From contig OX597818.1 in assembly GCA_951406725.2 (NCBI GenBank), forward strand, positions 112,592,001-112,656,000: a stretch of 64,000 bases of DNA. Direction: 5' to 3'. The notes below the pieces were generated by a model. That model was not told where the DNA came from. It ran no database searches and saw nothing but the letters and a program-made list of their open reading frames with translations. Every line of letters starts with the position of its first letter. Position 1 is the stretch's first letter. The translations under genes were made by a program, and so were the position numbers. Below, piece after piece: positions 1 through 13,759 of this stretch. The DNA is from Octopus vulgaris (lineage: Eukaryota).

Positions 1-187
1 ATGACTGAAAGAAACGAGAGAAAAAATAATACAAAAATGAAGGACATTACGATGCTTTAAAAGCAAATCAGGCGTAAATAGAAACAAAAGTCTAAATAAA
101 ATATTCTGCGTTCATAAAAAATGTCGCAGCGCACGAAATATCGCCATAAATAATTTATATGTAAATAAGATTATGAAAGATGTCCAG

Positions 188-249
<62 letters not shown>

Positions 250-253
<4 letters not shown>

Positions 254-622
254 CATATAGAATATGTTCTGTCTGTCTGTGTGTGTGTCGTCAAGGATCT
301 CGGGCATCGTCCATTCGATTGCGCTCAAATTTGATCTGTAGATACCGACGGTATCTTGACAAAATTACAAAAATCGATTCCAGATGAGAATACGATCGAT
401 AAAGCCGTGGGAAGGTGCATTTTTACGCGCAAGTACATCAGCTGTTGCGATAGATACTACGCGTACGCGAGAAAAATGCAAGTGCAGTTTGCGCAAAAAT
501 TAGCCGGCTGGCTTGAAACAATACCACAAAATGGGACGGTCGGACAAGTTGTTTTGAGAAAATTTAGTTTAAATGTTTGACAACTCAGCACCATCCATTG
601 GACGGTGGGGGTCGTTTTGCTC

Positions 623-624
<2 letters not shown>
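250..624 (+). mobile_element. Non-autonomous Helitron/DINE-like element
   Basis: 5' (TCTG)/(TG) tract followed by CATTCGATTGCGCTCAAATTTG. 3' subterminal hairpin CACCATCC-ATT-GGACGGTG, then TTTTGCTCGT (CTRR-like end). Flanked by (TA)n. Confidence 0.5.
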
Positions 625-702
<78 letters not shown>

Positions 703-1751
703 ATATATATGCACAGACAAGCAGACACACGTGCAAGTATGTATAACACATATATTATGCATATATATGCACATATGCGTGTATATCAGCTTATGTATAA
801 GCCAATGTATGAATGCCTATGAGAATACATATACACATTCGCACATTTATATATGCGATGTGTGTGCATGTGTGCGTATGCGTAAGTTGTGATATACATA
901 TATATATATACACTCGCGCATATATATATGTATATATATACATATATATGTAAATATACGTACACACTCATATGTACAGTCACACACATATGCATGTATG
1001 TATACACATCTATATTATGCATATATATAAATATATGCGTGTATATATTTGTATGTATATTTCGATATGCATACATTTATAGATGTACATATGATGTTAT
1101 CCGCACATACAGATATTGATATATATATATACACGCTCACACGGACTCAGGTACGAAAACACGCACATGTGCAGACAGCGACACGCACACGTGTGCATAT
1201 AAATATCCATAAGTGTATTTATGTTTCCGAAGATGAATATGAACGTAGGAAACTGTATATACAACGCTGTACAATCAGGCGTACGATTGTTCGTGCTTAA
1301 TTTTGTATCGGATGATTTATGGCTCCTAAAACGATAGAATCTAATCAAAATTTATCACCTAATTTTCTTTATCCTTTTCCATTATTTATTTCTAGCAATT
1401 TGTTTTCTTCTTTCATTGTTGACGTGTTTTATTTTTATATTCATAATTTTTTCTCTCAATCATGTTAGTAATGTTGATATATTGGATATGAATGATGAAA
1501 GTGGATTCTGAAAAAAATATATATATATGTGTGTATAAATGGATGTATAAAAATACAAGTAAAATTATCTTCTAACTAGGACTTTATTAGCTGTAAATAT
1601 CAGCACACAAAGCCAGTGAATTCATTACACCTTGTGATAAATTTTAATCATTGTTTCAAGGAGACATACAAAAACGATGTAACACAGACAGGTAGAAGTG
1701 CACAGAGACACACAAGCTGCAACATACACACAAAACATACTTAAATACATG

Positions 1752-1811
<60 letters not shown>

Positions 1812-2393
1812 TGTGTACATGTATGGATATGACTGTTTTCATGTGAATATTTAAGCATACATACAGAGCGAATTGTCCCCTATATAAGGAGACACACAAG
1901 CATTCATATAATAGCTTATTGTTTATTTACATTTTTTAATGGAACCTATATTTCATTATTATGTGTTGTATTTTTCAAGTAAGTGATTTTCTGCTACATT
2001 TTCCTCTCCTGTCCTTTTCATTATGGTTTAAATTTTTATTGATTATATATCATTATCGATTATGTTGTTTGCTGAAAAAAAAATGACGGGAAAATATGAA
2101 AGACAAAATAAGTTGAAATATTGCGTGTGGTTATATGTGGAAATATACGTATAATAATTAAGATATGTAAAAGTGTTTGATGTTGGAGGAAGAGAAAAAA
2201 TAGAGTTTGCGATGTTTAAGTGGCTCATCGTCTCACCCTGTCTCTATTCATCACTTTGTGTATGACTATGTGTGATTAAGAATACGATTATACGAAACAA
2301 ATACACAAAGAAACATACAAACACAGACACGTAGTTATTTGCGTATCATTGTTTGCGCGCGTCTATCGATACACGTTTATATCTGTGAAACTA

Positions 2394-2454
<61 letters not shown>

Positions 2455-2455
<1 letters not shown>

Positions 2456-2587
2456 GTTTGTTTCCCACATGGTTTCGGGTTCAGTACCACTAGGTGGCAC
2501 CTTAGGTAAGTGTTTTCTAGGATAGCCTCGGGCCGACCAAAACCTTGTGAGTGCATTTGGTAGAGGGAAACTGAAAGAAGCCCATTG

Positions 2588-2630
<43 letters not shown>

Positions 2631-2800
2631 TTGTGTTTGTCCCTCCAGCGTTACTTGACAACCGATGTTGTTGTGTATATGTCCCTGTAACTTAGCGGTT
2701 CGGCAATAGAGACCAATAGATAAGTACTAGGCTTACAAAGAATAAGTCCTAGGAACTACAGCATCTCCGCAGTCAAATGACTGAAACAAAATAAAAGAAT
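2455..2800 (+). mobile_element. tRNA-derived SINE (family with internal (TA)n tract), 5'-truncated
   Basis: B-box-like GGTTCAGTACC, body CTCGGGCCGACCAAAACCTTGTGAGTG, tail GTAACTTAGCGGTTCGGC...GCAGTCAAATGACTGAAACA. Homologous copies occur elsewhere in the window. Confidence 0.75.
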
Positions 2801-2893
2801 ATATATATACACGTATATATACATACACACACACACGCACATATATATATATATATTTATATGTACATACATATATATATAATAGTAATAATG

Positions 2894-2975
<82 letters not shown>

Positions 2976-2979
2976 CAAC

Positions 2980-3345
2980 AGAGGTCTTATACAGCTGGAA
3001 AATTATTATAAAATAACCACCATAGGACTGCAAAAATATCTACTTCAGAAGGAAGGAAAAGTGATACAAATAGCTGCAAAACACGATAAAACAAAAATCT
3101 GTTCTCAATATTTAAGAAAGCTGAGAAATACAAATAAGAAATCATACTGCCTAGCAAATACGAAGGAGAAGAAGAAGAAACAAGAAAAGCTATGAAACAA
3201 ATGAAATCCAAACAAAAAGTAGAACAGCAACGGACCGTGATAAAATGATGGCAAGAAATGCCCCTTCATGGCAAATACTGGACTAAATTAATGCAAAAGA
3301 AACAGACTGAGAAAAATCCCAGCAATGGTTGAGAAGCTCAGGTCA
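2980..3345 (+). mobile_element. R4/Dong-clade (RLE) LINE ORF fragment, degenerate
   Basis: Translates in pieces to WQEMPLHGKYW...EKSQQWLRSSG, the post-RT motif of R4/Dong elements. Directly follows a (TAA)n tract. Confidence 0.6.
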
Positions 3346-3409
3346 AGTCAATAAACATCTTTAAAAGACCTCTGCATTTTCAAATACTCTTTCCTATATA
3401 TATATACAT

Positions 3410-3452
<43 letters not shown>

Positions 3453-3459
<7 letters not shown>

Positions 3460-3944
3460 ATATTTCGGAATGGTCATATTGCCAGTTTAGCCAATAAAAA
3501 CACACGCACTATATATTTGGTGTTATTTTGCTTCAGTGATATTTATTTTTTACATTAATCTTAATCTTATTTCGGCCAAAGTTCTTTCGTCACACTCCTG
3601 TGACCGCATCAGTGGTCCTTTGTTTTCTTCTCACTTACGTATGTCTCTCCTTACTAACCGTCAGCCATTTTGTAATGGCTGACGGTTAGTAAGGAGAGAC
3701 ACAAGTAAGTGAGAAGAAAACAAAGGACCACTGATGCGGTCACAGGAGTGTGACGATAGAACTTTGGCCGAAATAAGATTAAGATTAATGTAAAAAATAA
3801 ATATCACTGAAGCAAAATAACACCAAATATATAGTGCGTGTGTTTTTATTGGCTAAACTGGCAATATGACCATTCCGAAATATAACAATATCTGTTTCAA
3901 CACACGACTTCACATAAAAAATCTTGCACAACAAATATTTAAAC

Positions 3945-3945
<1 letters not shown>
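3453..3945. mobile_element. Fold-back (inverted) Penelope-type non-autonomous element with hammerhead-like motif in each arm
   Basis: Near-perfect inverted repeat 3453-3890 centred ~3671, plus an unpaired ~55 bp tail, embedded in (TA)n. Motif CTGATGCG-GTCACAGGAGTGTGAC-GAAA at 3574-3618 (-) and a GATA variant at 3725-3769 (+). Confidence 0.7.
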
Positions 3946-3980
<35 letters not shown>

Positions 3981-4204
3981 CCGCACTATATATAGAGAAC
4001 TAGCACTGTGCACGCTAGTTTTATTGAGAATTGACCTGAACATAATGGAATGACTGCATCGCTGAAGTATGGGAAATAGGATATGTCTCTGATATGCTTC
4101 ATTCAGTTCTCCTCACCGAAATACTATCTTTTACAATGTTACTGACGATAAATTAAATATCAGCTAGCCTCTCACTCTAAAATGCCTCCTCCTCAACCCT
4201 TATG

Positions 4205-4610
4205 TTTTTAAAGTTCGGCCATACTATGGCACAGCCCTGGAGAAACTTAGGCGAATGCTTTGATCTCAGTACTCTTTTTGAAGCTAGTACTTGTTGTATC
4301 GAGCACAAATTGCTGAATCGCTAAGTTACGGGTACAAATATAAGCACCAATACCAGTTGTCAAGCAGTAGCGATGGAAGACGAAAAAGCACATAGACACA
4401 ACGCACATTCACACACGCTCACATGCACACACACATACACACACGCATACGTACACAATGGGCCTCTTTCTGTTTCCGTCTCCTAAATCCACTCACGAGG
4501 CCTTGCTTGGCTTGTGACTATAGTGGAAAGCACTTGCTCAAGTTACCGTGCCGATAGTCTGAACGCAGAACCATGTGGCTGAGAAACAACTTCCTTTCCA
4601 CACAGCCAGT
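4205..4610 (-). mobile_element. tRNA-derived SINE, diverged copy
   Basis: Reverse-complement homology to the 2455-2800 and 33390-33800 family (GCTAAGTTACGGG, AAATCCACTCACGAGGCC, AGAACCATGTGG). Confidence 0.65.
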
Positions 4611-4950
4611 CACGGACTGACCACGTTGCCAGCTTGCCCGATGTCAAGTGGGTCCCTGGGCTACTGGAATCCATATACGGGGGCACATCTAAGGGGACGA
4701 TCCGCTAAAGTTTGAGAATTTTTATCCATTCCTGGAAGAATGCATTAATTATTTCAGCCTAGCTGTGTTTGTAGACAGATAAAACGAATACTTTTTACAA
4801 AAAGAAAAATATTGATAGCTTTGTAGTTGCGGGTGGACCCCCTTGAAGTTGCAGATGGGTCCCCTTTTATATGCAGGTGGGCCCCTTTATAACTGCGGGT
4901 GGGCTCCTCAGTCTGCTGGCAACCGATGTTTTAGACCCAGTCCGCCCCTG
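4610..4950. mobile_element. MITE-like dispersed repeat
   Basis: Imperfect terminal inverted motifs (CGGACTG...GTTGCCAGC / GCTGGCAAC...CAGTCCG). Shares GAAGAATGCATTA..TTTCAGCCT.GCTGT.TTTGTAGACAG with 63470-63682. Confidence 0.45.
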
Positions 4951-5365
4951 CACACAGCCATGCCTGCCTGTAAATATACTTGTAAAATCTTTCAAAGAAT
5001 ATAAAGAGCGAAAACACAAATTCACACCGATAACAGTATCGTGTTTATTCTTCACATATATCAATGTATGTTTATTTAGAAACTCCTGAATTTTTCACAT
5101 GTCATCCATTATCCTTCAATAAATACTCAACAATTGTATCTCATAAAATATTAATATGGAGTATAACAGAACATGGACCTTATACAGGGTTATATGTGTC
5201 CCAGGCAACGGGTTTCCTAGCTTAAGGAAAGAAGCCTCCAATTTATCAATTAAAATTTTCGAAAAGCAACCCTTGTCATCATCATCAGGTTAATGATGAT
5301 GATGACAAAGCCCATATGACGATGATGATGATGATGATCAAAATCACCTCCGCATCCACATATGC

Positions 5366-5416
<51 letters not shown>

Positions 5417-5749
5417 GCTTGCATAAAAATGAAGCTAGAGATTATTAATCAAAAATAACTAGCGTTCTCGGATACTGTCATATAATCAATTGATCCATTA
5501 TCAACAAGTTTTCATAACCCTATCTCCGGAATTCTTTGAAGTTTCAGCCAGGGATGGTATTGATAAAAAAATGTATCAATCGATTCTCTGATCTGTAAAA
5601 GAGAAAACGCTTGTGAAATTTTCATTGCATAATAAATATTTTGCCGTCAAATATATAATTATATTTTAATGAGGAAAAACATTTTTTTTTTTAATAGAAA
5701 ACGTGTATGCTCCTTCATTTTGAAGAGTTTATTATAGGCTGATATTCTA

Positions 5750-6400
5750 TTAATGAAAATCGAAATAGGATTTGATTTATGTTGGCTTCAGTGTGAAGTT
5801 ATTCTGGATAATCTAATTGATATTTCGAATGCCACTGTATCTCATGTAAAGCATATGAACATATATTTATATATATATGTGCAACAAGTTATATTTATCT
5901 TACCCGTGTTGTACATACAAATTGTAACTGAATCGACATTGATACCTGCAGATATGAAAACTGTTCTAAATGAAGCTGTGAAATGAATTTGCAAACCAAA
6001 CGGTCTTTATGTTTTCATGTAATGCTGAATGTTGAGGGCCTTCACTATTCTTCTCTGGAAACAAACATTTCTAAATATATACCTGACATGACAGTGACTA
6101 CACGAATTCATCCAATAAGTGAATTTATTAAATTAAGATTACGTTCTATATGACAGCGTGCTAAGCCGTTTATTGTATAAGCGGTGTGAGACAATTTGAG
6201 GAATTTTTCCTTGATAAATTATTCAGTATTACATCAGCTGGTTATAATTAATTTGCTTACATTTCTGCGACCGTATATTTCGTAAATATCCAGTAAGCTG
6301 GCAATATTACCAAGAAATTATCACCAACTTGCACTTAAATTGCAAAAAAGGAAAAAACTGTTAAGAAAACTCAGTTGATAAGATTATGTTTGACAAATGC
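5750..6400 (+). mobile_element. Possible hAT (Charlie/Buster-like) transposase relic
   Basis: Peptide IPADMKTVLNEAVK followed by out-of-frame NF resembles the LKxVLDEAVKIVNFIK motif. Otherwise heavily decayed. Confidence 0.3.
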
Positions 6401-7748
6401 TATGTAATTAACACCGGGACGCCTTCGATTTTTGATCCGTTTGATTGTTGCATCCAGGAAGTGCAAATTTCAATGGCCGCGATGCCTTTCTGAATTACTA
6501 CACTCTTACCATACGTTCGTTCTACTTAGTAAACTTCCTGTGGCAAACGGGAAAATCATCCAAAATAAAAAAATAAAGTCTTATTAGATTTCGGTTTAGC
6601 CCTACTAACCGTCAATTTTTGTTCTTATTTGGTAGCTAATACACCTATCGATTATTCTTTTCACTCAACTACGGCTTACACCTAAACCAATTCAACACGG
6701 CTGCAATTTCTTTCGAATACCACTTTACTAAACCTCGAAACTATAAGCATTTTCGGCATCTCCTTTATATATCTTGATGCTTATATTCTTTTCGTCAGCT
6801 AAATGTATGTAATTTCTATGCAACTGAAATTTAGCAACGCTAGTGAATAACAAAGCAGTTGAAAAGGAACAATGAATTGTATTAACTAAGACAAACTAAT
6901 ATCGGTGTTAATTAACTCCTAATTAATTAATATTATATGAACGAGATATGGTTTGCAATTTAACATTGAAGAGAATATTAATCCTAGCTCCTGTTCATTT
7001 ACTGATATTCTATTTTTGTATGCTGATGGCCATTTCTTTTCACCAGGGGATGTAGGTAGTTCTATTAAATTTTTGTCATCAATTGTGACGAATTTAACAA
7101 ACTTCGGGTGAAACTTAAGTATTGAACTTATAACAGATGATGATAAAGCAGGGATCTTGAAGATGTAATGCGTCTACTACATCGAGCATATTAGTTAGCT
7201 CAGGCCTAAATATTTCGTATTGGCTAAGATCGCATAACATTTCAAATGATAAGGAATTTTATATCAAAGAGACGCACTGGAACTCTACTAGCAATAAGAC
7301 ATGAATACAATTTGGCTATGTGCGGTGAGGTGTCATTTATCAGATCAATACAATTTCAGAAGAGGGGTGTTCGTTCTATCGATCACCTAAAGAAGAAATG
7401 CAATTCTTTAGACATGAGCCTTCGTATTTGTTGGTTAAGTTATTTGAGAAAGATAGAGAAATTGACAGCTGCGCATGTTTGCACCATTCACCATTCAAAC
7501 AACTCGGTTTAGATTTAATCCCGAAGAGGTCTTTCCTGTCAACGTCCATTGCGTCAGCCTTGTATGCAAATAATGGCTTCTTGTATAATGTTTCACGCGC
7601 TCATTGTGTAGGACATTCTCACTTACTCCATTTAATTTCTTTCTCAGACTCCTTTACTTTTTGACACGTTTTATTATACGGATCTAACTTAACACAATGG
7701 CAAACGAAAGTTACTCCCATATGTACTTATATATACACACATGGAGGC

Positions 7749-7799
<51 letters not shown>

Positions 7800-7800
<1 letters not shown>

Positions 7801-8000
7801 CAGTCGCCATGATAGATCTGTAGCCACTACACACATTTCCTCTCTTTGTTTCTCTCCTTGTTATTTCTGTGTCCCTTTCTGTAGAAAAGCGTAGGCTCGA
7901 AACGTAAAAATACTTTTTTTCTATTCCTGAGCGTTATACTAATACGTCTGTTTATTTTTTACACCACCTGCCTTCGTCTTTTGTTTTTTTCGTGAACTCT
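7800..8000 (+). mobile_element. Penelope-type terminal-repeat remnant (hammerhead-like motif, degenerate)
   Basis: CTGTAGAAAAGCGTAGGCTCGAAACGTA between microsatellites. Homologous to 36900-37115. Confidence 0.45.
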
Positions 8001-8529
8001 CTCTCTCTCTCTGTCTATATATATATATATATATATGTACATGAGAGTGTGGATAAGTGTGTGTATATTTAAATATTACACTAAAATCACCGAAAAGAAA
8101 AAAATGTGGTTAATGGCAAGAAAAGAACGTAACGAGTTTGTCACCTTTAGCATAAACGCAGACATATTAATGCAGCTAAAAGCAAACTCCTCAGAATTAG
8201 TGAATCTCAGAGACAATTAACATTTTGTATGGCAAATCCATTGGCATTAAAGTATAGTTCAGTTGCACCAGTGGATTATAAAACATATATGATAACGAAA
8301 ATAATATTAATGAAATCCTCTGGCATATGAAAAGCAGAGATAACGAAATGACAGTCTCGGGAAATATATCGACGTGTTGGATATACAGAATTTAAGAATC
8401 ATTGAGTTATTTACAGAAATAGCAAAAAACTATTAGATTTGTAAAGAATATACGGAGATTATGTTGTTGAGAGAACAAGTAATATACTCACCAATATAGA
8501 CAAAAATCATGTATATCAGTAGGTACAAG

Positions 8530-8688
8530 CGTACGTACATGATAGGAAGTTTGCCTCAGAACCACATGGTTATGGTTTCAGTCACACTGCAGAGCAGCTT
8601 GGGCAAGTGCCTTCTACTACATCTATGTGTCAACCAAACTCTTGTGAATGGTGGCTTTGTCAGGCGGAAATTGGAAAAAAAAACCGTC

Positions 8689-8690
<2 letters not shown>
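8530..8690 (+). mobile_element. SINE 5' half, diverged
   Basis: AACCACATGGTT..GGTTTCAGTCACACTGC...CTTGGGCAAGTG...CTTGTGAATGG matches the main SINE family. Confidence 0.6.
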
Positions 8691-8737
<47 letters not shown>

Positions 8738-10877
8738 GATATAGATATATATGTATGTATATGTATAAATACATATATAATTAAGGATAGGAGAAAACAA
8801 GTTCAAAGTCTGATGTATATATTCATTCAATCCATATTAACGAAATTCTCCATGGTATACTAAGTAAATACATAGATGCATTCATCTATATGATATATGA
8901 AAAAAATTGAAAGAATTCATTAATACATACAAATACACGAAAATTTATAAATATAGGAAAATTTACAAACACATGAAAATTCATAAACGTAAAAAAGTTG
9001 TATATATATGTACAGTCTGTGCTGTTATGTTTAGGTACCTGTAAACTAGCGGTCCCGCAAAGCATACCGATATAATTAGTACGAGAATTAAAACGTAATA
9101 AGAACTGGTGCTAATTCGTTCGACTAAATCTCTTCAACGCTGTACCTCAGCATGGCCGCAGCCTAATGACTGAAACAATTAAAGAACAAATGATTAACAT
9201 CATACCGCCAAAGATAAAAACTTTTGATTAGTAATTACTCTGAGGAGTTGGAGAATCTGGTGTCGAGATTTGATTATGATCATTTCTTTTTTATTAGAGG
9301 AACTTATTTTTGTCAACCTCATGCACACATACATAGTCTAGTCTTTTGGTAAAATGAAAAAAATCACAGCAAAATAAAGAATTCTTCTACAAATTTTGCA
9401 CTCTCTCATGGCTCTTCTAGTGCCAGCAGTCGATACAAAACTTCGGAATTGATCACTTTCGTCATGTTTATGCTTATCCTTGGAATTACGAAAATGTTGA
9501 GATGCTTTTCGCGATGTTACCGTTGTGTTATATAACTTTCTAAGGATGACAATATGGTCGCTAAATACATTACGGGGTGGTTAGTTGTAAAATTTAATTT
9601 CCCTTTCTCTTTCAACAAAATGAGATTTGCCTATCACTATTATAATTGAAGGAAGAACTGTTGCCGATTGCAGAGAGGTGGGTAGATGCATAGATAAAAT
9701 AATTATAGAAATATCACGACAATATACGCAACATATTTTATATTTATAAGTCCGACTGGCAGGGTCCCGTAGTTAAAATAAATGAACATTCCTTGGTACT
9801 TTTAATTCTTTTATTGGACTCTGTTACACTTTGCTCTACATAGCTAGAACACACATCTCTTGCAACTAGTATAAGGGCAGACGAGTTTCAATCACTTTCC
9901 TAAAATAAAGCCATAAGATATAAGAAATAAATCATATCACGGCACGGAAATATTCCATATATTAACGATACCTTGTGGTTTCTAAAAGGCAATAATTTCT
10001 ACAATATTGTGTACATAGTTTCTTACAGAGAAACAAACATACAACTATATAAACAGATCTTCTTATTCGCACACGACTATCATTAAATTTAGTTACATAC
10101 GCTTCAATAAGCTTCGCTTCGTATATTTTTATCACTGACTGTGCTAATTGCAGAATTTAATATTTTTTTTCAAGACACACAATAAATAGATATATAAATA
10201 AAATAAAATTTAAAAAGAAAATGTCTAGAGAATGTTATAGTTTGTAATGAAAATATTTCCCAACGGGTTTTTCTCGAAATTAACCTAGTAAAAGAAATAA
10301 TTCGAAGCAAACATTTCCTAAATGACAAATATATATCACTTATGACTTTCTTGCTGGTATATCATGTCCACATTGCAAATATAGAAACATCGCTTTTAGA
10401 CATTATTAAGCATTGAGGTTATAAACGATGCGAAGATTTATAAGGGAAGACCACATGACATAGATTAATGATTTAGTGAAGTGTTATAAATTGCTTGAGG
10501 TATTATTTTTATCTGTTTTCTTGTTTTTAAAAACCTCACGCCATCTTTAAAATGTACAAAGGCTAAAAGCCAGATATTCGTTAGAAAGTCTTGATATCCC
10601 GAAAGCAATTGCATTTCTTCTTCTTGTCGTTTTCCTGACATTGTTATTTCGAGTTGCGAAGAAATAATTTGAGAATAATGGTTAAAATTAATTCATGCAG
10701 AATAATCAACGTCATATATTTTAGAACTATTCTGAAATCTACTCGAAATAGTTGCTTGATCGAAATATATTACGTATATTAGCGTGATATATAAAGCAAG
10801 ATATTTTTTATAATTATTTTATATCTGTATCTACCTGCCTCTGTGCAATCTGTTTCGTTACTTCCTTCAATTATAAT

Positions 10878-11187
10878 GTTGTTATTGTTTGTTCCTTCTC
10901 GAGTCATGCCTGGCTCATAAGGGTCGGTTTCCCGGTTTCCTTGGCGTATAGGTTCCCCACCTGGACAAAACGCTGGTCCATCGCAGGTGAGCTGCAAAAT
11001 GTAGGAGGAAAGAGTGAGAGAAGGTTGTGGTGAAAGAGTCAGCAGACGATCACCATTACCTTCTGCTGGAGCTGCGTGGAGATAAAGTGCTTCGCTCATA
11101 AACACACACTTCGCCCGGTCTGAGATTCGGAACCGCGATCCCTGGACTGCGAGTCCGCTGCTCTAACCACTAGGCCATGTGCCTCCA
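10878..11187 (-). mobile_element. Full-length tRNA-derived SINE with target-site duplication
   Basis: Minus strand has A box TGGCCTAGTGG, B-box-like GGTTCCGAATC and an (ACA)-rich tail. 13-bp direct repeat CTTCAATTATAAT at 10865-10877 and 11188-11200. Confidence 0.85.
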
Positions 11188-11484
11188 CTTCAATTATAAT
11201 AGTGATTCTCAAGTCGCATTTTCTTGAAACGGGAAAAGAGAAAAGAACTCAACAACTAACCACTATATAATGTATTTAGCGACCATATACGATGCGAGTA
11301 GAAATTACTGTGTTCAATTTTAAAATATAAAGATTCTTTGAACAGCAAGCAATTTCTAGTGATATAATTAACTATCTGTATAAAATCAGAGACTGCCCTT
11401 CCACAAACGTATTTCTTGATTTTCTAGAGCATAGTAACTAGATGTAAAACAAATATATCGCGATTTGTAATATTATGTAGGCTT

Positions 11485-11700
11485 TAAGGCAGCAAACAGG
11501 CAGGGTCGTTAGAACCCCTGGCAACATTCTTAGAGGCATTTAGTCTGTCTTTTTGTTCTGAGTTCAAATTCCATCGAGGTTGACTCTGCTTCTCACGTCG
11601 CGGAGTCAATAAAATAAGTAGCATTTGAGCACTGAGATCGGTGTAATTGAATCTTTGCTCTGAAATTGCTGGCCTTGTGCCAAAATTTGAAAGCAGTATT
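11485..11700 (+). mobile_element. tRNA-derived SINE (GGCGGCGAGCTGGCAGAA family), diverged
   Basis: GTTCTGAGTTCAAATTCC B-box region. Homologous to 19378-19560 and 24478-24610. Confidence 0.65.
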
Positions 11701-11814
11701 ACATAGGACGTCAGTTTTGCTATAGAGAGTATAGACACATATAACGAATATGTGTGTAGATATGGGTATATGTGTGTCTGCAATATCTATATACCTATAT
11801 CTACATCTATCTCT

Positions 11815-12080
11815 CGTGGGTTCGATTCCCGGACCGGTCGCTGTGTTGTGTTCTTGAGCAAAGCACTCTATTTCACGTTGATCTGCGATAATTTCATCGT
11901 CTGGCATGTGGCACATGTCATTATCTGACATGTGGCACCCGTTGCACCTGTACAGGTAATGTCGATTTGTTGGAGGGAGTGAACTTATGCGGACACAAAC
12001 ATTTTATCACTATAAGCATATCATGTGTGGTTGTTCAACAAAAAATTGTGGAACCCTCAAACGTAGTCTGACGACACCGC
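11815..12080 (+). mobile_element. tRNA-derived SINE fragment (separate family)
   Basis: B box GGTTCGATTCCC followed by GTGTTGTGTTCTTGAGCAAAGCACT. Confidence 0.55.
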
Positions 12081-13489
12081 CGCCTTGATATTTGATATCG
12101 ACACACTAACTATATTAACGAAGTGGTTGAGGATTCTAGAGAACAGAAGGGGATGCTGAGGAGGAATTTAGAGACATTGTGCCGTTGAAGAATAAGAAAT
12201 AAGCCACCCAACAACAGAGATTCACTGACAGCTTTTACCTGACTTTAGACTATATTAACGTAATTTTCCCAAACGTCCACGAAATATGTTGAACCTAGAA
12301 CTTCATGGACATGAAGTAGAGTTTTATCCGTCCTGTCATGTCTGCTTCTTTACATAAAGGATAGACATTTCTAGAATATTTACTCTACATTTACCATCAT
12401 AACGCGGATTCAGTCCCGGCTCTGAATTTCTTTTCTTTCCATCTTTCATTTCAGCCCATAGAAAGAATTATTTCATAATATTCCAAACAATTCTAAAAGG
12501 AAGATGGCGGCGATTATAATTTTTTAATAATGACTCTTATTCAGTTATTAGCCACGCATTTATACTTCGAGTTACGTACATGCACACATCGATAAATACA
12601 CATACAAACACACACACACACGTAATTATTCATATACACATACACACGCACACACATGCACTTGCATACACACCTACATACATATGTTACATTTATATAT
12701 GCGTATGTGTGTATATTGATATATGTATATACACACGTGGTTATATACAAACATATATTAATGATATTCTGATACAGCGATAGAGAAATAGTGACAGAGA
12801 GATAAAACATCAAAGCTATTTTGCTATGCCTGATCTTTTTTCAAACACATTAAAACGAGATGGCTTGTTATCAAATACGAAACTCCAAGCGTTATCCGCT
12901 TTATGACAAACGCCTGTTGTTCATGTTAGTTTCCTGTTTAGTAAAATTTCTGTCAGAAATCTGTTTCTAACTGGTATATCTTAGCTGAGCTTGCAATAAT
13001 TGGTTGTTAGCATTCCGCTATTCAAGATTGACACAGGGAACATAAATCAGAAATATATTTTGATGTTTCATTTTAGCTTTCCTCTAACTATATTATCCAT
13101 AATTTGCAGAGAATGGGCCGTCTTCGCACTAAAAGAAATGGTAAACATATCCACTTTGTTTCAATAAATACCGCTATTCTCTGTACGTCTCAAGTGTCCA
13201 AAATAGAAATCGATACGATTTTAATAGAGAGATCAAAGTGTTATATTTGTGAACAAATGAAATTACACAAAAACCAGACAGTTGAATCAAAACCGAAACT
13301 TTTCTCTATTACGGAAGCAGAAAATACTTAGGAAAATAAATAAAATGGCTGACAGCGTGGAGCTAAGTGTTAAATGGCAGGTTGATCCGCTGCTGAAAAA
13401 TCAAATTTTTACTGAACTCTCAAAGAAAAAAAAAATAAAGGGATATTGAATTAGGCACGTTTCATGAACTGCTGACCTGTCACTAATGG

Positions 13490-13490
13490 T

Positions 13491-13548
<58 letters not shown>

Positions 13549-13750
13549 GCTGCTACTGCTGCTGCTGCACTACTACTACTACTACCACCAACACCACCAA
13601 CACCACCACTACTACTACTACTAGTAGTACTACCAACACCACCAACACCACTACTACTACTACAAACACCCAGACCACCACCGCCACAACCACCACAGCC
13701 ACTACAACTACTACTATGACGACGACGACGATGGCAGTGACGCCGCCGTC
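13490..13750. repeat. Compound trinucleotide microsatellite (ACT/GCT/CCA/GAC)
   Basis: Directly visible. Source of the low-complexity ORFs 13401-14027 and 13486-13719. Confidence 0.95.
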
Positions 13751-13759
13751 CCTGACGCC

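Noticed and set aside
190-1348. Many ORFs rich in YIYI/HTHT/CVCV (here and throughout the window)
   Set aside because: These are translations of (TA)n, (CA)n and (ATGT)n microsatellites, not genes.
11110-11187. tRNA gene
   Set aside because: A and B boxes are present, but the sequence continues into a SINE body with tail and TSD, and there is no clean acceptor stem.
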